A stretch of DNA of 64,000 nt from Octopus sinensis (GCF_006345805.1 NC_043001.1:114328001-114392000); one strand, 5' to 3'. Counted from the first letter of the stretch, positions 23,937 through 37,205 are shown. The notes: generated by a model not told the origin, from the letters alone. Translations and numbers: made by a program.

Positions 23937-24321
23937 GTGGAGGCGCAATGGTCCAGTGGTTAGGGCAGCGGACTCGCGGTCGTAGGAACGCGGTTTCGAT
24001 TCCCAGACCGGGCGTTGTGAGTGTTTATTGAGCGAAAACACCTAAAAGCGTCACGAGGCACTGGCAGGGGATGGTGGTTATCCCTGCTGTACTCTTTCAC
24101 CACAACTTTCTCTCACTCTTACTTCCTGTTTCTGTTGTACCTGTATTTCAAAGGGCCGGCCTCGTCACTCTCTGTGTCACGCTGAATGTCCCCGAGAACT
24201 ACGTTAAGGGTACACGTGTCTGTGGAGTGCTCAGCCACTTACACGTTAATTTCACGAGCAGGCTGTTCCGTTGATCGGATCAACCGGAGCCCTCATCGTC
24301 GTAACCGACGGAGTGTTTCCA
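23937..24321 (+). mobile_element. SINE family B, full length
   Basis: tRNA-Arg-like head; near-identical to 41049-41429 (-) and 63313-63698 (+). Confidence 0.9.
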
Positions 24322-25257
24322 TAGTCAGTATATAAATTTTGGCTGCACGCACCAGTTAGATGCTTGTGGTATTGCAGGTGAGGTATTCTGTTGTATGTGA
24401 ATACGTAATGGGCAACTGTGGATAGCGAATGATCAATTAAAACACAATTATTATAACCTTCTTGTGTATAGTGATATGTAAATGATTTTTAGGTGTAAAA
24501 AGGTTGTGTAAACAGGTTGTATGCAGGGGAAAATTGTATGTGAAAAAAGAAATATTTTTAACGTATACAATCGTATTTTAGCAGTTAGCATATATTTGAA
24601 TACGAAATTGAGTGACTTTCAAAATCTGCTCTTCTTAAATTGACAGAGCTTCCATTATAATAATTTTCCTTTGCTGTGACGCACTTCATTAAGCATTATT
24701 AAAAGAAAATGTTCCTTCTTCAAAAACACTAAGATGAACAGCATTCACTTGATAATTTCTGAACTCCCACATCTCAAAGAATCACCAGAAATATCAAAAA
24801 AAGAGAGAAAGCCATTGAAACGTTGAAGATCCTTTTAAAGTTTCACTTGAAACAGAGATTTTTCGAAATTTTCGAAATGTTTTCTGTTATGTTGGTTACA
24901 CAATATCCAAAGATACAGATTTTTTCCAAAAGATATGACCATTAACAATCAAATGAAGAAGTCATCTTGACTGTTTTATGCGAGGTTCACTCAAGATATA
25001 ATTATGATCGAACGGATTTATGATCAAAAGTATCTGGGCTGTGATTTCAGTGCCATTTTAGATGTCTCACTGCGATGAGATTGTCAAATGTGTCTTTTAT
25101 TTTAAGACTACGATAAATGGAGTTCAGGAAATTTCTGCTGCTACTTCTGAGAGTTGGAGCAGCAACGTAAAAGATTTTTCGTTGTGAAGTAAATGTTAAA
25201 TTTTATGTGATGAAAATTTGGATGAAAATGTGAATTCATATTATATATTGATATTGA

Positions 25258-25497
25258 CAATTCTTCTTTTCTTCTCTATGCATAAGGCCCAAAATTTGGG
25301 GGGAGGGTGCCAGTCGATTAGATCAACATCGGAACGCAAGAGATATTTAATTTATCGATCTCGGCGGAATTTCGACTTTGCCTTTCATCCTTTCAGGTCG
25401 ATAAATTAAGTTCCAGTTGCGTACTGGGGTCGATCAAATCGACTGGCCCCCCTTCCTCAAAGTATCGGTCCTTGCGAATAGAGTAGAAAAGAATATT
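25258..25497. mobile_element. fold-back pair of SINE D fragments (minus then plus, both tail Y)
   Basis: About 25258-25360 is the reverse complement of D body/tail Y; 25361-25497 is plus-strand body/tail Y. Confidence 0.6.
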
Positions 25498-25705
25498 GAC
25501 AATTCTTGTTTTATGTAACGTTATGATTATCGTTTAATATTTAATTAGGCTTTGAGTACTTTAATTACAATATAAAACATTCAGTTTCCTATTTGGTTTT
25601 TCCCTCTTAAATCTTTGTCGGAAGCTTACTGCATTTTTGCCACTTGACGTATACACAAATATACATCCATAAATAACACATTCTGTGTGTGTATACGTGT
25701 GTGTG

Positions 25706-25897
25706 TGTGTGCGCCTCTTTTTTGTCCCCCATCTCCGTTTGAAAATCGGTGCTAGTGTGTTTACGTTCCTGTAACTTAGCGGTTCGGCAAAAGTCACTGA
25801 TAACAGAAGTACTAGGCTTAAAAAAGAAATCCTGGGATCGATTTGTTCGACTTGAAGGCAGTGCTACGGTATTGCAGCAGTCTAATTACTAAAGCAC
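25706..25897 (+). mobile_element. SINE family E, 3' half
   Basis: GTGTGTTTACGTTCCTGTAACTTAGCGGTTCGGCAAAAG matches the reverse complement of the E copies. Confidence 0.75.
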
Positions 25898-26289
25898 GTA
25901 AAAGAATATATATATATATATACATGATCAACAATGTAAGAGTTTCTAAAATCTATTTAAAATACATATGTTATAGTTTTATATATCCTTCAATCCTTTC
26001 GATGTGAAATATAAATATATGAAGATATTCTGTTAATATTTTCATACAGAAACTGACATATTACAGGTTTCTTTATGCATCCACAGACCACAGCTACTGA
26101 TCTTATAGGATTGCCCTCTCGTGCAATTGAAGTTGTTCTCCAACTGAGGCGAATCGTTGTTTATACCAAACAGAAATAAGTGTAATATAAGAATTAGAAA
26201 AGTTTGCTCACATGCGTGCGTAGAGAAGCAACATGTTGGGATATCAATTTTAAAGATACACAGCCACACAGCTTGTGACTGAATTGCTG

Positions 26290-26415
26290 TCCGTTTTCAT
26301 TTTCTTTGTGTCTCTCGAAACACCAAAGACTTTTCCATTTCCCCCGAGCGTTAAACATATATACTTGCTTGTTGTTGAATCCTCTGTCTGCTTTGTTTTC
26401 TGTACATTTGAACCG
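26290..26415 (+). mobile_element. partial copy of short family F
   Basis: CTCGAAACACCAAAGACTTTTCCATTTCCCCCGAGCGTTAAAC aligns with F after its hammerhead-like motif. Confidence 0.5.
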
Positions 26416-26460
26416 TATACAGTATACACTCATAGATATGTATGTATGTATGTATGTATG

Positions 26461-26491
<31 letters not shown>

Positions 26492-26859
26492 GTATATATA
26501 TATATAAAAAACAATAAGGTAGTCAGAATGTTCAATGATTATATATATATATATTTTTATTTACACTTTGATTACGTATTTTTAAGCGCTTTCTTCCGTT
26601 ATCGGATTTATCAAAAAGTGGCTCAAGTTTAGATTTCTTTTTATATATAAAGAATTTTGTGGGGTTTTCCGTGCAAAGGAGGACAAACAAAATTTTTTTT
26701 GAGAACGAGGAGGAGGTAAAGAGGCGTGGTTTTGATTATTGGTATGGTCAGACTTATTTGTTTAGTAATTAGTGCCTTTTTAACCTGTAGTTTTTGACTT
26801 GAAGGTACTGCTCCAGCATTGCAAAAGTCGAATTATTGAAACACGGAAACGAATGTGTG

Positions 26860-26894
<35 letters not shown>

Positions 26895-26920
26895 TATATA
26901 TATATATATATATATAAAAT

Positions 26921-27107
26921 GATAGATCGGTAGCCACTACACACATTTTTTCTCGCCTTGTTTCTCGCCTTGTTTTTTTTTCTGTGTCGCTTTCTGTAGA
27001 AGAGCATAGGCTCGAAACGTAAAGAAATTTTTTTATTCCTGAGCGTTATACTAATACATGTTTTGTACACCACCTGTCTTCGTTGTTGTTTTTTCGTGAA
27101 CGCTTCC
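26921..27107 (+). mobile_element. short non-autonomous Penelope-type element, family F, with hammerhead-like motif
   Basis: Homologous to 43381-43565; (TA)n on both sides; CUGUAGA-A-GAGC(AUAG)GCUC-GAAAC-GUA at 26994-27021. Confidence 0.7.
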
Positions 27108-27283
<176 letters not shown>

Positions 27284-27721
27284 CCTTGACTAATTCAAAT
27301 ACAAAAATTCTTTTTTCCTTCCCCACCTTAACAAGCCACTAATTACTAAACAAACAAGTCTGACCATACCAATACAAAAGCCACGCCTCTTTACCTTTTC
27401 ATCTGCGTAAGACATTCCTCAACTTGCCATCGTAGTTTGTGGCATCGGGTGTGCGGTATAATGTGCATATCACCACGCCCAGTTGCTTTATATATATATA
27501 TAAATTATGGGGGTTTAGTTCACAGGTGATTTAAACGATTAGGTACGCTAGGTAAGTGCTGTAACGGATTACTCGGCTAAAAACGGATTATAGCCGAGAC
27601 GGTAGTTATGGGACCATTGCAAATTTCTGATACAGCGGATATATAATTGTTAGACAGGACAGCAAGCATTCAGGCAAAGCAAATATCTAAAGTCATATAC
27701 AATATTATTTAGAAATTCAAA

Positions 27722-27777
27722 ATCTTACAGCTGTTTCTGGGATATCCACGAGTATGGAATATTCCGTCATCAGAGAC
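27722..27777 (-). ncRNA. type I hammerhead ribozyme motif, slightly decayed, inside a repeat of about 27505-27900
   Basis: UGUCU-CUGAUGA-CGGAAUAUUCCA(UACUCG)UGGAUAUCCCA-GAAA-CAGCUGUA^AGAU; palindromic helix III ACAGCUGU; GUA triplet; C/A mismatch at the base of helix II. Confidence 0.6.
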
Positions 27778-28581
27778 AAATAGGGAAAAAGAGGGGAAGA
27801 TAAGAACGGTATATATTGATAAGATAACGACATAGAGGAAGAGAATAAAAGAATAAGGAGATGGAACGAAAGAAGAAAAAAAGAAGCATCAATGTTCATA
27901 GTTCAAATTTCCGAAATAATAGAAACCAGAATATGAGTCCTTTGATGCAATCCCACGTAGATCCATGGCCGTAAATCCTTAGGTCCCCTAAGCACTTACC
28001 CCGAAAATCTCACTAACTACTGCTCCGAATGGAATCTGCTATAATTGCTCTTTGCTTATCAGGATTGCTTCGGTTTTCAAGGTGCTGTTCATGTAATTAA
28101 CGTGAACGTCCACTGCTCAAGAAATTTATCTAAAAGAAATAATCACATTTTCAGTACATATATGTATTCATTTCTACGCCTGTGATTGACCCTCTCGTCC
28201 CTCAAATCTACGCTGCATTTTCTATTTAAGTATAATACAGTTTTCATCAATACAACCTTCATCTATCACTTTCTTTCACTATTTCTACTAATGTTTTCCT
28301 TTCCATGTTTCCAATACTTGTATACCAGCCCTTCGACTTCCTACATTGAAAATAACCCATTTATCCATTCATAGAGCAATGATCTGACATCTTACAAGAG
28401 GTTTTGTGAATGATCCATCATCTTTTGCTAAATGACATGTATCTATTTCTTGCGAACATTTCGATCCAAAGGGAGTGATTTATGATTATAATTGTAACTA
28501 CAGTTACTGGATTAAATATACCCATAGATATTGATAATCTTAAAGCTTATGGAGAGATAGCAGCATTCGTGTGAACGGTAT

Positions 28582-28644
<63 letters not shown>

Positions 28645-28779
28645 TATATATATGTAGTGAGTGTATATGAAGTGCGGTTGGAGAACGAAAAAGACGTAAA
28701 ACGATTCAAGCACAGTTTTGACTGATAAATGAACTCGTCTATATACTCAGTCATAGACATACACATAATCAATCTTCAG

Positions 28780-30694
28780 AGGACCAATGTTATTCGATCA
28801 AAAGCAGATGTAGGCAATGTTCTGCAACACTTTGGTCGAATGTTCGGGATGAGTAGTGCGCTGAAATTTAGGATGGTTTTCAGTGACTGCCTCCATGGGC
28901 TTCGGCTAAATTCGGCAGTAGAGACGAATGCTGCCAAAGGCAGGTAACATCCCTGAAAATGGCCATACTTTTACGCACTAGATTTTCATAAAAACTTAGA
29001 GATTAATAAAGAAAACTCTGTTGTTATTATTAGTAGTAGGTGAGGAGCCTGACATTTGCAAGTTCTGATCAATTTTGATCAATCGAAAGCTTTCGTTAGC
29101 ATCGACTATCAATACGTTGCAGCTGCCCTCGCGGTAGACGGCTTTGATCCCGTTTTTTAGAGCCGGGATCAATGGAATATGAAGCGACAATTGCTTCGTG
29201 ATCAAAGTAAATTAATCGGACTCGTATAGCATCGCACGTTTGGTTCGTCATGGTTGCCCGTACTCGCTCCTTCTGTACGTGTTGCTTCTGTGCTTCAAAA
29301 GGTATCCCCCGTGATCTAACATGCGGAACATTCGTGTCAACTTATGCACACGATTAATGATGTCGGAAATATCGGAAGTCGAGATGATCGGCACTAATGT
29401 AAGGGAATACTAAGCAGTGACAGGAGCAAAGATTAACCACAAGTCAGTGGGCCTGCAACTCCGTACCTAGTGAATCAGGTAGATTCCATCCGAGAGACTT
29501 GTAGAGCACTCTACGAAAGGGACGGTTAAGCGACTCGGAATCTGGGTTGGTCTGGACATTCACCTGGACGAGAACTGGGGGAGGTGACGAGAAATGGGCA
29601 GAGACGAAATATGTATCACCTTCGTTATCTACTTTCGCCTGACTGTTGTTCGTTGGCCAGCATTGTTGTTGATCAGGTGAAGCGCCTACGCTTCTGCTTT
29701 TTGTGGATTCCACTTGTCCAACGGCACATTTCCAATCAGCAGCTATGTGGTAGTTGACTAAGCATACTGTAGCTCATGATACGACCATGCACTGACACTG
29801 CGACCTTTCTAGCTTTTCCTTCACGGCATGTAGCCGTATGTCAGACAGGAGTTTTCACAGCTCGTTAGCTGAGTTGCATTCCTGGATCAAGCGTTGATCG
29901 AGAAAAGGCGCTTGACACCTAGAGTGTCGACAAGCGCTCAGTCACTGGCCAGTGGGTCAATGCGGTCTGTGGAAGTTCCAACTCAGCGTTGTGTAGGGGA
30001 TTAGTGGTGGACAAGTGCTATTAGATACTCCGGGAATCTCTGGACATCAGGTAAGATCAATTGGCCGGTTTTTCCCGGAGAGCTTTCGGGCCGGGGCCTA
30101 TATATAACTTCCGGAAATCTGTGGCCTAGTGGTGCTACCGGAGCTCTGTCAATTAGAGACAAGCTCTACAGGCATGGAGTGCTGTTAGACAGACTCGTCT
30201 AGGATGCGCATAGAACGATGAAACCGTTCTGCATGCATTCATCCATTGTCCAAAATATTGCTGATTTGTGGAGTATTGTCTCCTGTAGCACTGTCTTCTG
30301 GAGTCGCATCTAGATTGGATCCAAATGTCTACCGTGTCCATTGTGAAGATGGCTCTATCACCTCCAGTTGGCCGGGAAGAACAGACAGTTATCTTCTGTC
30401 TCATGGCTATTGCGAAAGAAGTAGTGTGACGAACGATGTTCTAAGGACTTTTCCTCTTTGGCCAGGCATTTTCCTCTTTGGCCAGGCCCACATCGACTTA
30501 TTTATTCAAATTACACTTGAAATGGAAATTGAGAGTGAAGAGAAAATTGCTGCCTATCACTATTTTTGTGAAAACTTGGTGAATGTGGCGAAGATGACCC
30601 GTGTGAATGGGCCTTACTCTGTGCTTGCACCTGTAGAAGGACTTTAAGGGGAGCGATGCCCGTCTGAGGCGCCGTTGGCCTTCGGGTGTCCAAG
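28780..30694 (+). mobile_element. degenerate Tx1/L1-clade LINE ORF2 (RT to C-terminus)
   Basis: LINFDQSKAF (about 29065), VRHGCPYSLLLYVL (about 29243), TYAHD, RAFGPGPIYNFRKSVA*WCY, GALSIRDKLYRHG, CCHC knuckle ..DETVLHAFIHCP, VNVAKMTRVNG. Confidence 0.8.
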
Positions 30695-31165
30695 ATGAGT
30701 GGAGTTCCTTGGATGCCCATTGGTGGAACAATAATTGGCACTATCTTCGCCTTTTTTATATTTTCCACAGTTGGGCTATTTTCGTACTTAAGAGGATTGT
30801 ATTTATTTTTTTTTTCGCCTTCCTTCTTGACAATTGTTGGATCAAAGCAGCATGCTACATCAACTACATAGCACAGATGATGCATCCTACCGACCACCAC
30901 AAGGTTCCGTCTGTCCTGCTCTAGCAACTGATCTGTTTCGATTGGGAAATCCCAGACGATTTTGCTAGTCTCCGACGCCGCCAATCTCTGCGGTTTGTGC
31001 TCATACCACATCTTGTCTATCACTCGTACACTTTCCAATGTCGCAGCTTCATTAACTGATTATGTCGCCAAATCTTTTAGTAGTTTGGGGCAAGTCTAGG
31101 GCATTCGTTTATGATATGTTTCATCTACTATATTACAGATGCGACACAGCGGAGACACTTGCTGT
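30695..31165 (-). mobile_element. Dong/R4-clade LINE fragment (REL region)
   Basis: KWYEHKPQ..KIVWDFPIETD..CYVVDVACCFD..KKEGEK..KY..LKYE..IVPIIV. Confidence 0.85.
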
Positions 31166-31426
<261 letters not shown>

Positions 31427-31556
31427 TGTGAAATCGAATTTACGCTAATTTTTTTTGTTTTGTTTTGCTAAAGCATATAACGAAATACTCTTTAGAATTT
31501 GAAGTAGTAGAGACAAGATTATGTTTGAAAATATTTCTGTTTTATCAAAATAAACT

Positions 31557-31636
31557 ACAAATAAATCTAGTTTCTGTAACATTCAATAAAAATAAGCCAC
31601 AAATAAATCTAGTTTCTGTGACATTCAATAAAAATA
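31557..31636. repeat. 42-bp tandem duplication
   Basis: ACAAATAAATCTAGTTTCTGT(A/G)ACATTCAATAAAAATA twice. Confidence 0.9.
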
Positions 31637-32158
31637 TATTTTAGAAATATTTCTTTTCTTCTTATTCATATTACATTATTTCTTTTTATGGTATCATTTG
31701 TGTTATATCTTGCTTGTCGGTGTCAGGAAAACACCGTTTTACGTTTTCCAAATTCTGCTTTCTATTATGTTTTGAGACTTTATGTTGCCACAGATGTCAT
31801 CATGTCGACTCTAAGTCTTCGTATGCGGTGTCTTTATCATACTCATCTTTAGAAGCATGTTTACAAATGCAACAAATTTCACAATGATGACAACAAGAAG
31901 AGCCTGATACGACAGCAAAAATATGTGTAAAATTATTCACCCAAAATTTATATACTGTCAAAATTTATTATATAATATGAAGTTATGGAGTATTTGATAA
32001 AAAAAAGTTTATTAGATAGAAGTATTTGCTTTAAAATACTCAAGGCTGTGTTCCGCTTTTAGAATATTCAATACATAAAACGTTATTGTAGTAGTTCGAG
32101 ATTCTACTTCGAATCCCTTTAAGAACGGCACTTGTTCGATTCTTCTTAAAATTCTTAC

Positions 32159-32274
32159 CTTTTCCAAGAGGGTGTATAGCATTGATTTTTCTCGACAAAT
32201 GCCAATGTTTATAAATAGAGATGTGTTCATTTGAAAGAAGCCCAGGAATGTTAACGATCTTAGCACTGAGATAC
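32159..32274 (-). CDS. candidate internal host exon (116 nt), product unknown
   Basis: Acceptor TTTTATTCAG|G and donor AAG|GTAAG; two of three frames open. Confidence 0.4.
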
Positions 32275-32913
32275 CTGAATAAAATGTAATACTAATGAAA
32301 TTTTGATAAAAAGAATGAAGGTGGTGCGACAAAAGTAAATAAACTGAAGGAATTTCAGCTAATAACGTCGGCATCAATGATTTGTGGGTGACCTGTGTCA
32401 GCATAATTACACTTTATAAAAGGAAAACTATTTAAGTCGGTATGCTATATTGAACGAAAATGCAGACTTTTCGGAATCAAGATTTTTAAATATACATACA
32501 TACATATATATATTTTGGCGTTTTCCCCCTCTCCCTGCCTGCCTCTGTGTATCTTTCTTTCTCAATGAAAGATTTGTAGTAGAACCGTTAGAGCTTTTTA
32601 CACAGCCACATAACAGCTCCAGCGTTTTAGGTTTTATACCATTTCATGTAATGTTTTACTATTGTTACAAGGCTGCAGAATTTGAGTAATTTGGAGGTCA
32701 TTCCAAATTTGAACTATGACAAATACGCTAAATCCTTTGATATCTACTTGACAGTTTTTTTTAACTGATACTTCTATTGCCAAATAATAAGCTAGCCTAG
32801 AATACCCGACAACAGGTAGTTAAACTCATTGGGTTTTCTAAGTAATTAGTGGAATTTGACTTCTTTATTAACTACATTTGATGTAACTTCCATTAATATT
32901 GTAGCACTATCCT

Positions 32914-33075
32914 GGGCGGCGAGCTGGAAAAATTGGGCGGAAGGCTTACCGTCATTTACACTGTCTTTAGGTACTGAGTTCAAATTCCACCAAGATCGAC
33001 CTTGTTTTTTTAATCCTTTCGGGAGCGGTAAAATAAGTACCAGCTGTATACTGGGGTCGATGTAATCGACATTTT
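32914..33075 (+). mobile_element. SINE D, degenerate
   Basis: GGCGGCGAGCTGG..GAGTTCAAATTCC..TAAGTACCAG..CTGGGGTCGAT. Confidence 0.7.
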
Positions 33076-35761
33076 CTAGTGTTGCAAGAAGAAATGACTT
33101 AGGGGTTCCTTAACCAAGGTAAGAACTGAAAGTCTTTGGCATAATTTTGTATGGTTGTCATGTAATCCTTATTGGGTACGTTTCGTAATATTCACTTATA
33201 TACAAACTAATCTTGATTTATAATAAAAAATAATCTCTAGAAAATAATTGAAGATATTTTTCCTGTTTTAAATCTACTTATGGCGTTAAACAAAATATTG
33301 AGCAATATTTATAATGCAACCTGTCAATTGAGAATGGCATGTGAGTGTACAATCTAAAATTGTGCCTAGAATTTGTCAGTTAATTTTGTTTTAATCAGCC
33401 AAATAAATCCATCGCATAAACAATGTAGCATTAAATTAAACAATATTGATTCGTTACATTGGCGCAAAAACGAATCTCTTTTGAGGGAGAACAGTAAATT
33501 ATATCAACTTATTATGCCTGCTTCGTACTTTGTTTTTGTTGTAATCGGAAGAATTAAACGCGTAGTTGAAATATGAATTGTTTATATTTAACATACATTA
33601 AGTGATGCAAAACCTACACGCATCAGCAGTATTCTACATTGAGGTTTTACAACACACACCCTCATCCAGGTGTTCCATCCTAGTTTGATCGAGCATAAGC
33701 TTCTTTCTGAGCTACATTCTACAAACTCCACTGATCACCACTCATCTCTTAAAATCTTTATTATAGGCATGTAGCCTGGAAAAAGAGTGGGCATAACAAG
33801 GGCAGACACAACAACCACAGTGGGGACAATAAGCATAAAACGAATGAGGATGCATATTATATAAAAATGGAAATATGAAATGGTTGCATGGGCCCCACCC
33901 CTTTGCAGTACCATTTGAACGTTTGTACACACTATATTATAATCGTGCCATTATTGTCTGTTCTTCGATATCCAGCAATTTGAACCTCTATTCTCCCCAG
34001 GGAGTAGGCTCTGCAGGCCAGACATGAGGATGGGGTACTTCGGAAGAGCAAGTTTGGGAATCCTTGCTCAGGAGGTTCTGCCAATTAACCCATGCACTTT
34101 GTGATGGCTACTCAAGAAATAACACCAAATATAACCAGCATAATCGGCGTAGAAAGATATTACACAACCCACAAACTACCATCATCCCATCACACTTCAC
34201 ACATTTACACAATAAAGAGGATGCATTAAAAGGACAAAATAAACAAGCCCCCCCCCCCCAATAGTGAAGCAAAGCAAGTGAAATATATAATCACAGAATT
34301 CTACACTCCGGAAGACACTTTTACACTTCATCAAGACCATGGTGTGCAAATGATAACGTGGTACAGATGTGCGTACCAAATTACTGAATGCAAGTCACAA
34401 CTACTACTAATAATACTAATACCACTGCCACCACCACTATCAATACTAAAACTAATATCACTACTACTACTACTACTAAAGTACTTTTGTGAATTACTTA
34501 GACTCAAAACAAGCTATTTTGATAGGAAGGAAAAATCACTGACTGGAACTTTATCTTATGGACCCCAGAGGGATGAAAGTTACTGTTGACTTAGGTGAAA
34601 TTAAGCTCAAAGTCTAATGAACCGAGACAAATATCTTGCATTGTTTGTCCCGACGTTCTAAGAATTCTACCTCGGGGCCACCTTGCGTAATGGCTTCTAA
34701 TTTAGAGACAAGAACAACAGTTTGCAAGGGGTGGATTAAATCACTTCCAGTGTTTAACTGGTATTTATCATATCAACCCTAGTGAGCTGAAAAACAAAAC
34801 AAAGTTCAGCTCTGCAGGATTTGAAATCAAACCGTAAAGAACAGCAATGATAATAGCCGATATTTGCGAAATTATGTCAGAGGACCAGAATATGATTAAT
34901 TTCAGTTATTTCTTCGGAATAAGGAATTTCCATCTTTGCGTTATTCTTGTTTTCTAAATATTTATTTAGTGCTTGCTCGCTTTCAAACTTTCTCTGTTTC
35001 ATCCACACCTCAACATAATTATCTAAAATAATATTAATTATGTATTTAGTCAATTACCAAAAATATCTCTTCAAATATTTTTCTCACATTCACTAATTTT
35101 CCTAAAAATTACACACACATACACACACACATACAACATTATTTTCGCTCTGTGTTGTTGTTTTTTTTTTTTCTTTGTTCCATATTTGTGTTCTACATGG
35201 TTGCAATTTATAAATATTTTTTCTATAATAATATATTTAATTACTAAATGCTAATTTTCAGCCTACAATTTTTCTCTAGATTCTTGTATTAGTCTTTGCT
35301 TTACATGTGCTAATTTATTGTTTATTTAATAATTTATTTTAATTAGCTATTTGATTATTGTTTTAGTTCCTATTTTCCTTCAGTGATCAAATCAAGTATA
35401 GAAATTTCATATAATCAACCTAAACATTCTTTTCTCTGTTAGTTTGTATATTTCATTGTTATTGTTTATATTTTAATTGGTCTGTTGGTTGTGTTATATA
35501 ATTAGATCTAGTGGGAGTGGAGGATAACTACATATAAATGCGTTTTAAAAGGATGACACAGCATTAATTGAAGCAAAATTATTCGTTTCGCGTCACCATC
35601 ACGGCTAGATTCCACCAACAAGCATGATCTAACGAAACGAGAATGCTGCAGTACGGTTGCATGAAATACTGACTACATATTCACCAGAACAGCGACTAGA
35701 TGCCTCCTTCAACTCACACCTCACGTCTTAAATACGTCTAGTAATATTCGGCACTGATCTA

Positions 35762-35960
35762 AGGCAGCGAGCTGGCAGACACGTTAGCACGCCTGGCGAA
35801 ATATTTAGCGGTATCCCGTCTGTCTTTACGTTCTGAGTTCAAATTCAGCCGAGGTTGACTTTGCCTTTCATCCTTTCGGGGTCGATAAATTAAGTAACAG
35901 TTGCGTACAAGTGTCGATCCCAAAATTTCAGGACTTGTGCCTATAGTAGAAAATAATATT
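35762..35960 (+). mobile_element. SINE D monomer (tail Y)
   Basis: Head and body match D; ends CAAAATTTCAGGACTTGTGCCTATAGTAGAAAATAATATT. Confidence 0.85.
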
Positions 35961-36404
35961 CGGCACTGCTCTATAAATAATGACAGAATAGTCACAACTG
36001 GAATATCTCACGCCCAAGTGCCGTAAATCCTCGAGTATAATCCGCATTTTTTCCCCAAAATTTAAAGGTCAAAATCCCTACTGCGTACTTAGTTATATGT
36101 TTGCTTAGTTTTCTTGATGTAAAATCAGGATGCCAAGTAGTAGTAGGCATTGAAAACTCTAAGAAATTAATAGCCTATAATTCCCCTACCACTTAAACTT
36201 CAACATGAATAACTTTTGACATTTATATATCTATAAATTCCTATATCTATAAAAAGAAAAATTCTTTCTCTCCATCCAACCGAAAATCCCTCCAGTCCCA
36301 CTAACAGATCTAAGTAAATAAAAGAAAAATCTATAGCCAGAAGGTAAATTTTAATACTATCATGTTCTTAACAATTAATTCAACATCTCCGTCTGTATAC
36401 CTAC

Positions 36405-36480
36405 CCTCTTTATAATGTTGACGAACGAAATGGAAATAAGTATATGTATTGTCCGTTTGATGGAAGACTTCTATAAATGG
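36405..36480 (-). CDS. candidate internal host exon (76 nt), product unknown
   Basis: Acceptor AATCTTCAG|C, donor GAGG|GTAGGT; single open frame PFIEVFHQTDNTYTYFHFVRQHYKE, phase 0 to 1. Confidence 0.3.
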
Positions 36481-36691
36481 CTGAAGATTGGTCAACATTT
36501 TAAAACTGATGTAATACTTACAATGTTTAATAAAATGAAGAAGCATGAAACGATCGTACCAAATTACCGAAGATATACTTGTTGCTTATTCTGATTATAA
36601 CTACCCCATCGATTTATATGGATAATACCACACAAACTTCTGGTGCCTCTGACTTAAGTACCATATTCATTTGAATCTAAATTTTGCTGCA

Positions 36692-36757
<66 letters not shown>

Positions 36758-36762
36758 TACAT

Positions 36763-36962
36763 ACGTGTGTATCGTTGGCGATTTTTTTTCCTCTGTCTTC
36801 CCTTCTCTGGATCTTTCCTTCTCCTATGTTTCCGACGAAGAGCTCCGCTCGAAACGTTGAACCCTCCTTCTTTCCTTCTTTCCTGAGCGTCCAATAATAC
36901 TATATTTGTTCCACGTCCTCGCGTTGTTGTGTCTTTTTTGTGTTTTCTTGTTTGGATTAACT
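36763..36962 (+). mobile_element. short Penelope-type element related to F, with hammerhead-like motif
   Basis: Between (TA)n and (TACA)n; GUUU-CCGACGA-A-GAGC(UCC)GCUC-GAAAC-GUU^GAAC at 36828-36862. Confidence 0.55.
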
Positions 36963-37155
36963 TTATATACATACATACATACATACATACATACATACAT
37001 ACATACATACATACATACATACATGCATATAATTATTTACAGGATCCAATAGATTCTAAGAAAATGGTTCTTTTACATATTTTAATTGATGTGTTCCTCA
37101 ATTAAAGCACGTCTAAAGCAACTGTAGGGAACCTCTGCCCCTTTGTGTAATCATA

Positions 37156-37205
<50 letters not shown>

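Noticed and set aside
28690-28775. Minus-strand CTGAAGA..TCAAAAC near a TA array
   Set aside because: G12 absent and no helix I/III
30093-30114. TATATAGGCC on the minus strand resembling an rDNA transcription start or TATA box
   Set aside because: Lies inside the Tx1 ORF2 frame (FGPGPIYNFRKS); no rRNA sequence nearby
30246-30647. 133-aa ORF with hydrophobic N-terminus
   Set aside because: Mosaic of shifted frames of the decayed Tx1 C-terminus
36032-36095. Possible Tc/pogo-type MITE end (CCGTAAATCCTCGAGTATAATCCGC)
   Set aside because: No partner TIR or second copy in the window
36535-36560. ATGAAGA-AGCAT-GAAACGATCGTA with palindromic helix III
   Set aside because: C3 missing, no helix II or I; at best a fossil
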